Positions 37,490-50,608 of a DNA stretch of 64,000 nucleotides are shown here, in pieces. A program made the translations under genes and the position numbers. Origin of the DNA: Marsupella aquatica (taxonomy: Eukaryota; Plantae; Marchantiophyta); contig OZ316892.1 in NCBI GenBank assembly GCA_973895155.1, forward strand, positions 18,652,357 to 18,716,356. Direction: 5' to 3'. The notes beneath the pieces are model-generated. The model was not told the DNA's origin. It saw only the letters and a program-made list of their open reading frames with translations, and ran no database searches. Numbering within the stretch: position 1 is the stretch's first letter; each line of letters starts with the position of its first letter.

Positions 37490-38310
37490 CTAGCTTACCA
37501 GGAGGAGGAAAACGTGCCGCTAGATCGAGCTAGGAATTGTGTTGCTTAGCAGGAAGGAAGAAACATATATGCCGCTAGCTAGCTTCCTGTACGTTCCACT
37601 TGAAACCAGGTACAAGCTAGGAGGGTTAATTCTGCACACAACATCCATATAAAGTTAACAAGAGACCAATGTTAACATTTGCAGATCTACGACCATGGAG
37701 CCAATACATCCAACATTCAACACGCATTTGCAATCCAATTTTGGAGCTAGCTAGCAACAGTACATTCAACATTCAGTTCAAATCGACTAGCTTGCTCGCA
37801 AGCAATTAATGAAGGGCAGGGCAAACCTGTAGGACGGACTAAGCATTCCTAAAACCAGAAAACGTGCAGCTAGCTTCCTGGTCCAGCTAAAACCAAGTAA
37901 AAGGAGAGTTCTGCACACAACATCCATATGAAGTTAGCACGAGAGCAATGTTAACACTTGCAGATCTAAGATGGAGGCAATACATCTAGTATACATTGAA
38001 CACGCATCTGCAAATCTAATTTTTGAGCAACAGTGACACATTTAGTACTGAAATCCACGCATTGAAATCCTCATACCATTGAAATCTACTAGCTCGTTGG
38101 CAAGCAATGGGGGGTAAACCTGTAGGACGGACTAAGGATTTGCACAACCAGATGTAGATCAAACGCAACATTGAGAATTTGTGTGGCTTACCAAGAGGAA
38201 GGAAACGTGCCGTTAACTAGAAACGTGCTGCTAGCTAGAAACTGTGTTGCTTAGCAGGAGGGAGGAAACGGGCCGCGAGGTTCCCGTTCCAGCTAAAATA
38301 AACCAGGTAC
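37490..38310. repeat. Degenerate ~290-350-bp tandem repeats, with a related copy at ~35160-35370
   Basis: Recurring TTGCAGATCTA, AAACCTGTAGGACGGACTAAG, TTCTGCACACAACATCCATAT and GTGTTGCTTAGCAGGA blocks. Confidence 0.65.
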
Positions 38311-38527
38311 ACGGAGGAATCTTGACTGATGCAGAACTTTACGAGTAGCTAGGCGGAGCTTTGACACTCCGATCGAGTAGGCGTAGCCCGGACTTACGTA
38401 CAGGCTCAGCACGTACAATACTAACCAGTAATATAGCACATTTTAGGATCAAAGATGAACAGCCAACACAAACTTACGGGCTCAGGACAATTAGGGCTAG
38501 TCTTTCAGCACTATTTACTTATCGCAA

Positions 38528-38735
38528 TAATATCTAAGCCAGTCCAAAATATTTCAGGAGCTAATTAAGCTGTTCTATATTGCTTCAAATGATGAGTTCA
38601 GCAGATCAATCCACCTAGCTAGGAAGCCGTAGCTAATATCTAAGCCAGTATGTCCAAAATATTACAAAAGCTAAGCTATTCTAGATTGCTTCAATGATGA
38701 GTTCAGCAGATCAACCCACCTAGCTAGGAAGGCTT
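38528..38735. repeat. ~106-bp tandem duplication
   Basis: TAATATCTAAGCCAGT...TGATGAGTTCAGCAGATCAA.CCACCTAGCTAGGAAG twice. Confidence 0.8.
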
Positions 38736-39915
38736 AGCAGCGCCAAACTACACATTACTCAGAATTTATGAATCAGTTGAGGATCCTAAGCCTCAAAGAT
38801 TCCGGGCACTAAGTTTCTTTATTGCTTTATATATACAGTAATCAAGGGTTTTGTCTCATTCTGCACACTCAGTTTGAACACATTCATTGATAGCTAGATC
38901 CAATTCTACCCAATCTAACTATAGATAGTCTTTGGTACGTGAAAGTTAATTGTCAATAGATATATCATTATATATTGATCAATTCTTGTTTTACATGATC
39001 CTTTAAATATGTGATCATCCCAACGCTGTATTAATTGTTTCTTTCAGTTTCATTTTATATTGTACTTTTAGGTGGGGCTGGGCCCTCATGTACGTATTTG
39101 GTCTGTTATCTATAAGCTCCAAGAAGTTTCTTTTCGAGGACAAAGAAAGTAAATTTGTAGAGGTCAATTATGTTGCAAGTAATGAAGACCTTTGACACTA
39201 TTCATGTTGCGGACCAACAAATAACATTAATGAATGGTGTTCGGTTCATCCTGCCTCGGGTTCCAGGTTCCACTTAGACTGTTACAGGAATATATGTCTA
39301 ATATATGCTATTGTTACTAGACTCTGACTAGTTTAGTAGTGGCTTTGCAGTAATTGGTAGATGTGTCCACTGTCCAGCGCGCTGCTCCATCCCAGTTTGG
39401 CGTACATGGTTTGGGCTCTTTTAGTTCTATTGTCTTGTTGTTTTCTATGAGATCAATTAATTGGGAATTTGGGATCCTTGCTGCTTTATTCGGTGATTTC
39501 CTAATTGGGACATCAGATACTATAATGTATCATTACGTACACCGTTGCACCAAAAAGGACGCAGCTTTGACAGGAGGTGCTGACGGACTAAATTTACTTT
39601 TCTGGACTCAAATTTGAGCCGTTGGATCTCTAAAATGTTCCTGTCCACTGTGGATCATGCTTTCTCCCTGTCCCAAGGCACCTAAAAATTGGCTCAGCAG
39701 CCCTGGTCTGGCAAACAGCCATGCTCTGCCGTGCCGTGCAAATTTTACTCCACACCTCATGACCCTGTGCAGTTTCTCGTGCAATTTTAGATGGGAGGGA
39801 AGGTGTGAGGTAATTAATTAACGAGGGCAGTAGGCCCAACCTTTCAGTCTCCCTCTGGGTTTTGTGGGAAGAAGAAAGGAAAGGGACGCCAAAGTGTCAT
39901 GCTTTTGCTGACATC

Positions 39916-40153
39916 CGGGAAGGTTTGGCAGGCTCTTCGCCACCTGGGGGCGGTAGTAGGTTCCAAGGTTGGATTGTTCGCCCATTAAAGCATGAGCTAG
40001 GTTCAGAATGTCGTGAGACAGTTTGCTCCATATCCGGCGCAGGCATTAGAGCATTGAGAGTACCTTTCCCTAGCAAGAGAGAACGAGGAATTAAGGACGC
40101 ACCTCTGGTGTACCAGTTATTGTGCCAACAGTAAACACTGGATAGCCAAGTGC
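39916..40153 (+). pseudogene. rrn23: Decayed plastid 23S rRNA fragment (NUPT, domain V-VI)
   Basis: GGCTCTTCGCCACCTGGGG, TTCGCCCATTAAAGC, GTCGTGAGACAGTT, AAGGACGCACCTCTGGTGTACCAGTTAT, TAGCCAAGTGC match remembered plastid 23S sequence, with indels. Confidence 0.88.
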
Positions 40154-41965
40154 ATAAATTTGAATTCAAATATGGTCCCCTACTCAAACAGAACTTGACC
40201 TGGTGTGCATATATGTGCTGAATTGACGTTGTATTTGAGTGAGAAACGCCAATTTCTAGTCTTGAAGCATATTTTTGCAATATTCAAACACAACACCACG
40301 GCATTTCCAATAGCCAAAAGAAGGTGGTAGTAGGACAAACTCCCTGGGCCATAAGCATTAATAATAATGGGTCTGACATGCAAATGGATGAAGGTAGCAA
40401 TAAGTCAATTTTTTAATTAATTTTTGTAATCAGGTATGAAATAGCACCTTTTGGTTTTATTTTGTGAACCCATTATAAGTGCTTCAGGCTGGCCAAATTA
40501 TTTTGCTTGAAAAGGTGCCTTGTAATGTTACATGCCATGCATCATGACTGTCGTGGGTGGTCCATGTGGCCATTGTTTATTCCACACATGTACATTGCAG
40601 GGATATTGAGATATTAATATTTGGATAGAATAAACATGTTTATGTAAATGTTTTGAAGGGGACACATTGCCGGTTTTAACATCCCCATAACAAAATGAAA
40701 TGAGCAGGATTGAGAAGGCTCTTGGTAAAGGGATAAGACGTGGGAGGATTGGGGAGGGGGGTTGGGAGTCATATAGGGTCCTTCAACCCAAAACAATTTG
40801 AAATGAAGATCAAAGAGGGTTTAGATTAGCACATACAAACCACAAATACAACCCCCATCATAGTGCTAGTTGGGGCTATGGTAGGGTATTGCTACTTTAG
40901 CGGTGCTTAATTTTGACTTGTTGGACTGTTTTAGTGGTGCTTTTCTCAATTTAACCTTGATGTTGCAATGTTATCCATTCAAAGTCCATTTCAATTGGAT
41001 TGAACTAGAGTGGAAGGAGGGGAACTATTGAAGCTATATAAACAAGAAGCATTTGCTGCTACCTCCCTTGCTTCCCTAGGAGTTTGTTCCTCCACAGTAA
41101 GAAAAGGTTTAGAATCTATATATAGACACACTATCCTTTCAGGTATATATGGTATCCACTTGCACATGATGTGATGGACTTTGATAAGTGTTCAGGTGTT
41201 TATTGAAGGTGCAAGAGAGACATGTTAATATTCCCAAGGGATAAATTTAGTATACAAAACCAAGTTTTTTTCAGGATAACAAGGGAAAATTTAAGCGCCT
41301 TTCAATTAAAATAAAAAGGGTTACCAAGGGGGCCCTTCACACATGATATATACGTAAGTACCCCTAGCTTAATTTACAAAGGTTGGGGGCCTTGGGGCCA
41401 AACTAAGAAGAGTTGATAATGAGGCCAGGTGAGTGTTGATTTGGGCCAAGAAGATTATGAACAACAACGTACATACATACTATTGGGTACATTTACCCCA
41501 AAAATAGGTCCAACAAAAGGTTTAAGATATTCAAAACCCATGTCTCTTCTATACTTAGCAAATTAAGGAGATGACCAGCCAGAAAGATAATATTTGGGAC
41601 ATCTAGTGAATTGAACCTCAAATTGAACCTACTAAATAACAACATAATTATATTCTGGATGTCCATCATAATCTTACTTTTCCAAAGACTTTTCACATTC
41701 AGTTGTTTGAACAAATAGCTAAGAGAATGAAAAATTACTTAGATAATATTTCAAGGGTCATTTAGCTGGCCTAAAATTTCATGCACATTCAACCCCATTT
41801 TACAGTAGGATGGTACAAGAAGCCAACAGAAAACCAGGAAAATAACAAGGAGGTCATATTTGGGATGTTAGCCCTAATGAAGGTTGAAATAATTAAGTTT
41901 AATTATTTGGATTGGGTCAATAAGTCAAGGAAATGAGCAACAACATAATGTATAGGACATGCATT

Positions 41966-43423
41966 TAGCCAAGGAGTTTACATTGAACCAACCCTGGCCT
42001 TTTGGACAATAAGCCAAGGGAATGAGCACCAAGATGACATTTGAAACATTAATACTTTAGTGCATTCAAAGAGTCCACTCTGACATGTGTACTTCCTTGA
42101 TCAATTATATATACACCAGGAGAGGTTTAAGAATTTAGGGTTTAGGGTTCAAGGGGTTTAAACCCTTAAACCCTAAACCCCCAGCACACTTTCAGGGCAA
42201 TAAGCCAATGAAATGGGCAAAGAAATTGGGAATGAAATCAACTCTTTTATTTTTGACAATTATATGTATAAGCCAGCTGAAGGAATAATATAATACAGTT
42301 TTTTTTACTTTCCTGTCCCCCAAACTGAGCTCAATTATTCACCTACCCCCAAAATTATTTTAATTGATAGGTTGCACCCCACTCTGTATATAGGAGTTAC
42401 TTTCACTGTTTTAGGTAACCTAAGTGATTTCTCATTGGTGGATTGACACATAGTGAGGCACTATTGGCTCCACCTTACCCTGACTTCATTTACCTTCACC
42501 CGGCTGGCTCGATCTTTCCCATTTTTTGAATGAGCCCTACACCAAACATGGCTGGCCTGTCCCCCTCTCAAATTTCAATCCCGATGACCCAACTAGAATC
42601 AGCAGTAGGCCCGAATGTGAGTTTGTTTACACATGGAAAATATGTATACATTTGACAGGGGCCTCTTTCCTTTAATTAGAGAAGTGGGAGACTCTGGCCC
42701 ATATGGAGTGTGGGACCCTATTTTTGAAGGGAAATTGCAGCACCCAGCCAGCCAGGTTGCTAGGGTTGGGATTGAAACTTGCAGCCAGCCCTGCTCAGTG
42801 CAGGGCTTGTTCAACAAATGGGAAAGAGCGAGCCAGGTGAGGGTAAACTCAGCCAGGGTAGGGTGCAGCCAATAACGCCCTCACCACATGTTAGTCCACA
42901 AATGAAAAATTTACTTGGGTTGCCTAAATTGGTTAATGTAACCCATATATACTATATGGGGGGCAACCTAACAAAATAATTTTGGGGGTAGGTTAGTGAT
43001 TTAGCTTAGTTTGGGGGACACGATAATACAAAGCTGTAATATATAATATCCAGGACAAATATATAGTTAGCCAAGGAGTTCACATTGAACCCTGGCCTTT
43101 TGCACAATAAGCCAAGGGCATGAGCAACAAGATGACATTTGAAACATTAATACTTTAGTGCATTCAAAGAGTCCACTCTGACATGTGTACATCCTTGATT
43201 CATTATATATACACCAGGAGAGGTTTAAGAGTTTAGGGTTTAGGGTTCAAGGGTTTAGACCCTTAACCCCTAAACCCAAAACCCCCCAGTACACTTCAGG
43301 GCAATAAGCCAATGAAATGGGCAAAGAAATTGGGATTGAAATCAACCCTTTTATTTTTGACAATTATATGTATAAGCCAGCTGGAGGAATAATATAATAT
43401 CCAGGACAAATATATAGTTAGCC
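41966..43423. repeat. ~355-bp tandem duplication; first copy interrupted by a foldback element
   Basis: TTAGCCAAGGAGTT.ACATTGAACC...CAGGGCAATAAGCCAATGAAATGGGCAAAG at ~41966 and ~43067. Confidence 0.88.
42294..43038. mobile_element. Non-autonomous foldback/MITE with ~270-bp imperfect TIRs
   Basis: TACAG...TGTCCCCCAAACT...CCTACCCCCAAAATTATTT mirrored by AAATAATTTTGGGGGTAGG...AGTTTGGGGGACA...CTGTA; empty site present in the sister repeat at ~43385. Confidence 0.85.
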
Positions 43424-46400
43424 AACTGAAGGATTTCACATTCAAACCCCAATCTTTAATCTGGGCACTAAGCAAAGGAAGTAAACAACAACTCTTTTGA
43501 AACCTATTTGGGACATTTTGTAAATTAAGAGTTCCAATTGACTGCCAGCAGATCATCAAGATTGAACAGTCGCCTAATGAAGATGTAGGGATATTGATTA
43601 TTAATAAGCCAACAAAATGAACGACAAGATAATATTCAATTGGAATTCTTTAGCCAGACTAAGACTGAGTAGTGTCAACGATGTAGCATGTTATTGTAGT
43701 TTTTCATATAAATGGTCAATCATGTTGATCAATTAAACAGTAATTACTATGTGATCTCACCCAAACATATGTTTTGTGTTGTCCGTTTTAATTAGTTAAT
43801 GATTGGGTTTTTAGCATGAGCCAAACCTCCCCTCACTTGGCTCTAAACTTATGTGCTCAAATATTCTTGACAACATGGTAAAGATGATGACACTGCCACA
43901 AGAACACTTGAGATGTCTGAACAGCTTCCTTGCCTCACCAGCATTACTTGCCTGGCCTTGACATCTCGCTTGACATTCTTCGTTCAAGGTATGGGTATTG
44001 GGCTAGTGATCACACTTATAATTTTGAAACAATTTATTAGTTTACAACGGGCAATGCACAGGTGCCAAGATGCAAAAACATGTGAAGGTAGAACATGGTA
44101 TTGATATATTAAAAGATGTCAAGCTGTGAACCTGAATGATGCTGGGTGTTTCAGAGGAGAGAGAGGCAGCGAGGCGCACTGAGGTGCTTGCAATGGGAGG
44201 GAGACTGTCTTGTGGACGTGAGGGGAGGGTTTGGGGGGGTGAGGTTTGAGGCTCCCATGAAACCCCTGGCCCTCCCCTAGAGACCTTTCCCCTTTTCATT
44301 TCCTTGCCTTAGCTTCCCTCTTCCACCACTCCCTTCCCCTCCATCCCCTTTTCCCTCCTCCCTCTATGCTCCAATCCTCAACTCCCCCGCTCCGATGGCC
44401 CTGACCCCCTTCCCCCACACCCCATGTATGTCAGTTTACCACAAAAAATTTGCAAACAAATTAATTCTTTACTATAGTTTTTGATAAGCATTGAATTGGT
44501 CCTTTTCAAGTAAGTTAAGGATTTGTCATTAGTAAATTAAAGATGTACTCTGTTGTATGTTGGTGTCCCAAATTAAACATTCAAATGAAGTGACTTGTAC
44601 AATATACCTTAAGTCTATAATTGTTCTCTTTCGCATTGTTAGGGTGCATGCCTATTAGATTAGTTTTCTTTCTGGTGAGATATATGTGTAGGTCCTTGTT
44701 TAGTTATATATATACACCAGGAGAGGTTGTTTCAAACTTGTTTCAGCAAGGCAACTTACTCACCTAGGTAATAACCATTGGATGTATATTGTGTCTGAGA
44801 GATGTCGGAGAGGCCCGTAGAGAGGCTCTGCCTTTAACGGATGTTTTCAACTACTATGTACACAAGAACAGAGTTTTAATTTCAGCTTGCTTCAAGGAGG
44901 AATTTGGACCAAATGACAACTGAAAGTGGAGTTCCCTTTGTTTCAAATTATGCAAATGCCTGGATGTTTCTGTCATTGCATGAAAATGACTTCTCTAGGA
45001 ATTTAACCTATTTAGTAGGCTCAATCTGTCTTGTGTATGTAAGAAATGACATTGATCTGGTGAATGTCAAATTCATTATTTTCATTTCATTATTTTTCAA
45101 GCAAGCTAATACAAGCGCTACAGCAGCCAGGAGGATGCGAAAGGCCAAAATATAATGCCTTCAAAAAATAGCAGCGAAAAGCAGACTCAAGCATCGCAAG
45201 GACAATGCAACCAAAGTCGCCCCACCAAACCCACCAAAGAGTAAAAAAAATTAATCCTCCACAATCTTCACGTACAGGCTCCGACATGAGATGTCAGCAA
45301 GGGGTATACCCTCAATTATGTTGTGAAGAGGCCACAATGGGGTAGTAGGCTAGTGTTTCCAAAAAAGTCACTAAGAGACATCCAATATGGTAATATCTAA
45401 CCTTTAGCGAGGGATGACACAAATGCAATAAATCAGAGCAATTATACTAGCATAAGTGACAAGCCAGATGCCATTTAATAATGAGCGCATTCAACGATGT
45501 GGGTATTTAGACCTTTCCTTAATATATAGAAGGGATGAGTGATTTATACATATATGTTTCAGGTACCAATTTGACCTCAATGCTTGAGACAAGACACAAC
45601 ATAGATTTATGTTGAGATGTATCCCGCTCATGGTACTATATATCTCTATCAAGGTCTGGAATTAATATCAAGTAGTTAATCTATGGTCAAACCAAATATG
45701 GTCCTTCACACAGTGACATATTTGGCTTGATATTTCCATGTCATATTGAGATGAACCATTAACCAGAAAGTGCATGTGGCAAATGAATTACGAACGTACT
45801 GATAAAACATTGGAAGAAGTTGGATGGAAAGTCATGGATATTTTTTGGAGGACAAAGAGGGCAATCAGGATGAATCTTCCTTCTCATTTGCTGCTTAATT
45901 CTGCAACAAGTGGCAACGGGTCCAATACAAGGGTATATCCTTGTTACAGTCCACGTTTCCCATTTATATTTTGTAGATCTGGATAATTTTCCCAATGAGT
46001 GCAATACGGTTGTTAAGTGCAGTTGGAGTCCTTCTTCAAGAGCTAGAGTCCACAACTTTGAAACACTGGACCTCGTTGAATTTGTGGTGGAGCTAGTACA
46101 TCAGATCTACCTGAGGCTATGGACTGTGACAAGTTGATCATGCCTAGATAACGACAGTTTGGATGGATCCTAGCTGGATAAATCCAGGCGGAGCTATCGG
46201 GAGAACTAATGAAGTCACCTACATAGGTGTGTGCTTTCGCATCAATAAGCCACCGACTAGATTTAAACCACCACTCGGGGTATAAAGCCCCCCTCCAGCC
46301 TGCCCGCGCGTACGGACCACTCTGCCCAAGTCGGGCACAGTGCAGGGCGCCCCAGCCTTGCCCGTTGCTCACAGGGCCATTGCAGCGCCCCCGGCCTCCA

Positions 46401-46818
46401 TGCAGCGCCCCTCCCAGCCCTAGCACTGCTGCTGTTACAAGCCCCTGTGCTACGAGCCCCTGTGTTACCACTAGTGGAAAATAGTGTCCTTAATGACTAG
46501 AACGAGGACTGACAAACAAGTCATATGTACCAATATACGACTAGAGCTTTTCTGTCATACCTGCCTCGTCTTTTAGGACAGTCAATTAAGACAAATGACT
46601 AAAACTCTCACCAGTCATTTATGGTAGTCCTAAATGACACAATATTTCTGAAATGACATGTTGTCCTAAATGACTGAATGAACGGCCGTCAGTCATTTAG
46701 GCATGTCTTTAATGACACATATTTAAACAAATCATATTACAACATGTGGCAACTACGCACGGTTGTCATTATATGTCATTTCAGACATGTCATAAATGAC
46801 ACAATAATAAATCATTTA

Positions 46819-47158
46819 AGGTGTCATTTAGTGTGTCATTGAAGGTGTCGTACATGGTGTCATTAAAAATGTCATATAAGGTGTCATACAAGGTGTCATT
46901 GAGGGTGTCATATAGGGTGTCATTGAGGGTGTCATACAAGGTGTCATTGAGGGTGTCAATAGGGTGTCATTGAGGGTGTCATACATGGTGTCATTGAGGG
47001 TGTCATATATGGTGTCATTGAAGGTGTCATACATGGTGTCATTGAAGGTGTCATACATGGTGTCATATAGGGTGTCATTGAGGGTGTCATTAAGGGTGTC
47101 ATACAGGGTGTCATACAGGGTGTCATTGAGGATGTCATTGAGGGTGTCATACAAGGTG
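46819..47158. repeat. 12-bp subterminal tandem array (GGTGTCATTGAG / GGTGTCATACAA variants)
   Basis: About 28 consecutive 12-mers with the invariant core GTGTCAT. Confidence 0.95.
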
Positions 47159-47268
47159 CTTTTAAGTAATGTCATTTGGGATGTATCTAAGAAGAGCTCA
47201 TAGTTATATTCAAAATCACATACAATGAATCCACTTAAAACTCTAAACAAATACATCACTTTGCGCAT

Positions 47269-47412
47269 CATCATTGTATTCAGAAATTCACACTCCAACA
47301 TTCACAAGCTCTAATATAGAATAATTGAAAAAACAGAAGTCATCATTGTATTCAGAAATTCACATTCCAACATTCACAAGCTCTAGTATAGAACAATTGA
47401 AAAAACATAAGT
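47269..47412. repeat. 72-bp tandem duplication
   Basis: CATCATTGTATTCAGAAATTCACA... at 47269 and 47341. Confidence 0.9.
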
Positions 47413-47518
47413 CTTTATGATAAAGGGATAGAAAGTACACATTTTTCACTCGCATGAGTGAAACAATGGTAACCAAAATATTCAAAAATTCTCTATTCTA
47501 CATGATCAGAGAAAATGT

Positions 47519-50310
47519 TCAACACTTCCGAAGAAACCTAGCATTCCACAATGTATTCATTCCTAACACATTCCGTAAGCAGAGTTGTTTCTCTTCTTTG
47601 TTGGGCATTGGCAATGCTGCATCACCACAATACACTGCCTTAACTGATACTCGCACCCAAGGACTCTCAATCATGACACAATGAAATTTATCCTCTCCTG
47701 GTAACCCTGTCACTTCACCTCTAGCAACAACTGTAGAGCGATCCACAACGCTTCGTACTTCTACAGCATCTCCTTTTGAAAACTGCCACACAAAATTGTT
47801 AGGATAAAATACTGTCTTGTAGTACTGATTTGGGCATATTATCAATTTAAGAACATAAGCCAACTGAAAACAAATTCACCTTTGCTGCTGGATTTGGGGA
47901 GAGAACTGGTCCTCGTTCACTAGGTGAGATAGTGATAGGGGTTGATTTCTTGAATCTCTTTGAAGGCCTAGGTGGCGTAGCCTCTTGTTCCTGAATTGCA
48001 TTTGACACTATCTGTTCATCTGTGACAGCAATCTCATCACTTTCACCATTACCAATGCTGCTTTGTACAACGCAAGGTTCCTACAGTGCTCCCAAATTTG
48101 CTTCTTCCATACTTGGCTTTGGCTTCTGCCTTGTTAAAGTATCTGATTTCTCTCGCTGTGATACAGGATTCTCCCCTGAAGAAGCTACCACAAAACCAAA
48201 CAATGAATGCTTAGAAAACTTCATTCTAAATTGAAAAATAAACTATTGCATATGTAATATGTTTAGAGTATAAGTTTGTATGTTCTTACCATCACCATCA
48301 CCTGAGAAAGTAAGAGAACGTTTCCTGCTACTACCTTTAGGCTCAACCACCACCTTAGTAGCAATTGCATTTGATAATTGCATATGAAACTGATTCTGTT
48401 GATTTTGTGCAATGAAAGAGGTCATCATAGATGTCAAATTGTCCACTTTGAACTCAAGCTTGGTTAAATTCTCCACAGACTGTTCAAGCTTGAGTAATCG
48501 AGTTGGTTCCTCAATTGTAGTTTCCCTGGACAGTGGAGTCTACATACACAAAGACACCATATAATGTCAATCATCAATGATAATTTGAACATCATGGATA
48601 ACTGATAATCAAAATTGAATATATACACAGGTTTTCATTACATACCGCTGATCCATGTGCAGATCCAATTCCAACAAAACTACTGCCTCGATGTTCACCA
48701 CTGCCCATAGATGGACTGATCTGCACTGGGGGGACTGGACTACTAGACACAAGTTTTGATATAACAGAGCTCGTCATTCCTTTTGCTTTCTGGAAACACA
48801 TAATCACATTCAAAGCAATTGAAATATTTAATTAGAACTCATCATGTCATTGTTTATTCCTATACTAGATAAACACTTCAATTCAAATGACAATCTAGAC
48901 CTGCAGTGAGATGGACCATCTGAAGATTCTTACCAATCTTTTTTCTGCTCCAGCAGCCCCTCCTCTTCCAAAATGCTCTTTGTTCACCACTTCTGCCCTC
49001 CTTGCTTTCATCACAGCACTCCTTGCAAGCAAAGCAGGACTATCAAAATGATCCACCAGTCGTGCCCATTTCAACGGGTCAACATATTGAGGTCCTGGTT
49101 TGGAGCGATCATGTTTACATACATCCTTCCAATAAGTATTTAGTTTGTGACGTTCTCTTTTCAATAATGTCCGACAGTGACTAATAAATTTCTTGTCAGA
49201 CACTGACTGCTTATCTGGATACTCCCAATCTGCCTCCATCAATTTCTGCACATCCGCAATTATGTTTGGATCTTGTTTGTTCCAATCAGGTTCTGATACA
49301 TCAAAAAGCCTCAAGACATTGGCACGTAGCTCCTCCATCCAATATGGTTTATTAGGATGAGAATCATCAATATCATTGTCATGAATCTGAAAAAAACACC
49401 ATAAATGATAGTCATCAACATTGGAAATGAAACAAACACCCAATTGCTTCTGAGTACACAAACTGTAGGCCACAAATGTGAAATGTGCAATGAAAATCTT
49501 ACCGTTATCAATTTTCCCTTCTTATTGTCAGCCCTTCTTGCACTACCGGTTCTCTGGAATTGTTTTTTGGCTTGCCTAGATTCCCTGCGTTGCTCAGTTG
49601 CAGTCTTTCTTCCCTCTACATACACAATGAGCATCCAATATTGATCATCCACTATTGCAAAATGAGGGACAAGAAATATTACAATATAATAGGAGGACGC
49701 TTCATTGAATTTGACTTACCTGAACCCTGACTGGATGTCACTACTGTAGAGTGTCCAGATTTCCCAATCGATGCTGATGGAACCACCACTATACACATGC
49801 AAACCACTGGAGTTATGAATCCAACATTCATATAGATCAACATTGAAAAATACATTGAAAATCTTTGAAATTACTTACATTCAAATAGCTGGCCAGTCAC
49901 AGGGTCTTTGTAACATTGCACCATGCCACTCATGGAAGGTCCAATCTTTGTAGGGGTTTCTTTTGCATCTGCCAAGCTCTTAGATGGAGGTTGCAGATGT
50001 TCCTGTCCAGATCAAGTTAAAACCAATGTTATTAAACAGAATCACTACCAATGTCTATAGTTTCCTCATAATGTTGGTGAAATGTAATAGGAATCTCACC
50101 TTGGATGAACTTTCTGGTTTCTCATCTTCACTGTACTCAGCATCAGTGTCATAATCTGATTCAGAGCCCTCATCACCAGACTCTGCCATACTCACTGAGG
50201 CAATTCTTGATAGTCTTGAGCTCTGTCTCCTCTGTGTGGTAACCTCACTTATAGGAGTTCGACGTGTACTTGTTTTCTTCTTGTGCCCTACGGTCTGTGT
50301 TGCACCCAGT
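47519..50310 (-). CDS. CACTA TnpA-like multi-exon gene (Transposase_24-like region and C-terminal Tnp1/DUF8039-like domain)
   Basis: KWARLVDHFDSP...HFGRGG and VARGEV...VRVSV..V...DAALPMP......LW; many short GT-AG introns. Integrity not verified. Confidence 0.75.
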
Positions 50311-50608
50311 CTACATCAAAGAATATCAATGAATGAATGACAAGTACCAAAAACCAACTCATATTGCTGATGAGTAATATTAACACATCTTTGCACATTC
50401 AAAACAACATGCAAGATTATACTCACATGAAATTGAAATTTTCTCCAAATATCTCCCTGAATTTTCTATTATTGTCTGCTACCTTCTTATTTCGTTCCTC
50501 CTCATATGGAGGTATTCGCTGCATTCACTGCTAGACCATGGCATGCCATGTTAGTATAATCCCACTCCCAACCAAATGAAACCGGACTGTACAGTATCTT
50601 CAAATCAT

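Noticed and set aside
1790-46469. Pairing the 1790 end with the 46469 start as one element
   Set aside because: Orientation is outward and the flanking trinucleotides differ (GTT versus TAC).
46828-47301. ORFs with YDTLNDT / MTPS repeats
   Set aside because: Translation artefacts of the 12-bp subterminal array.
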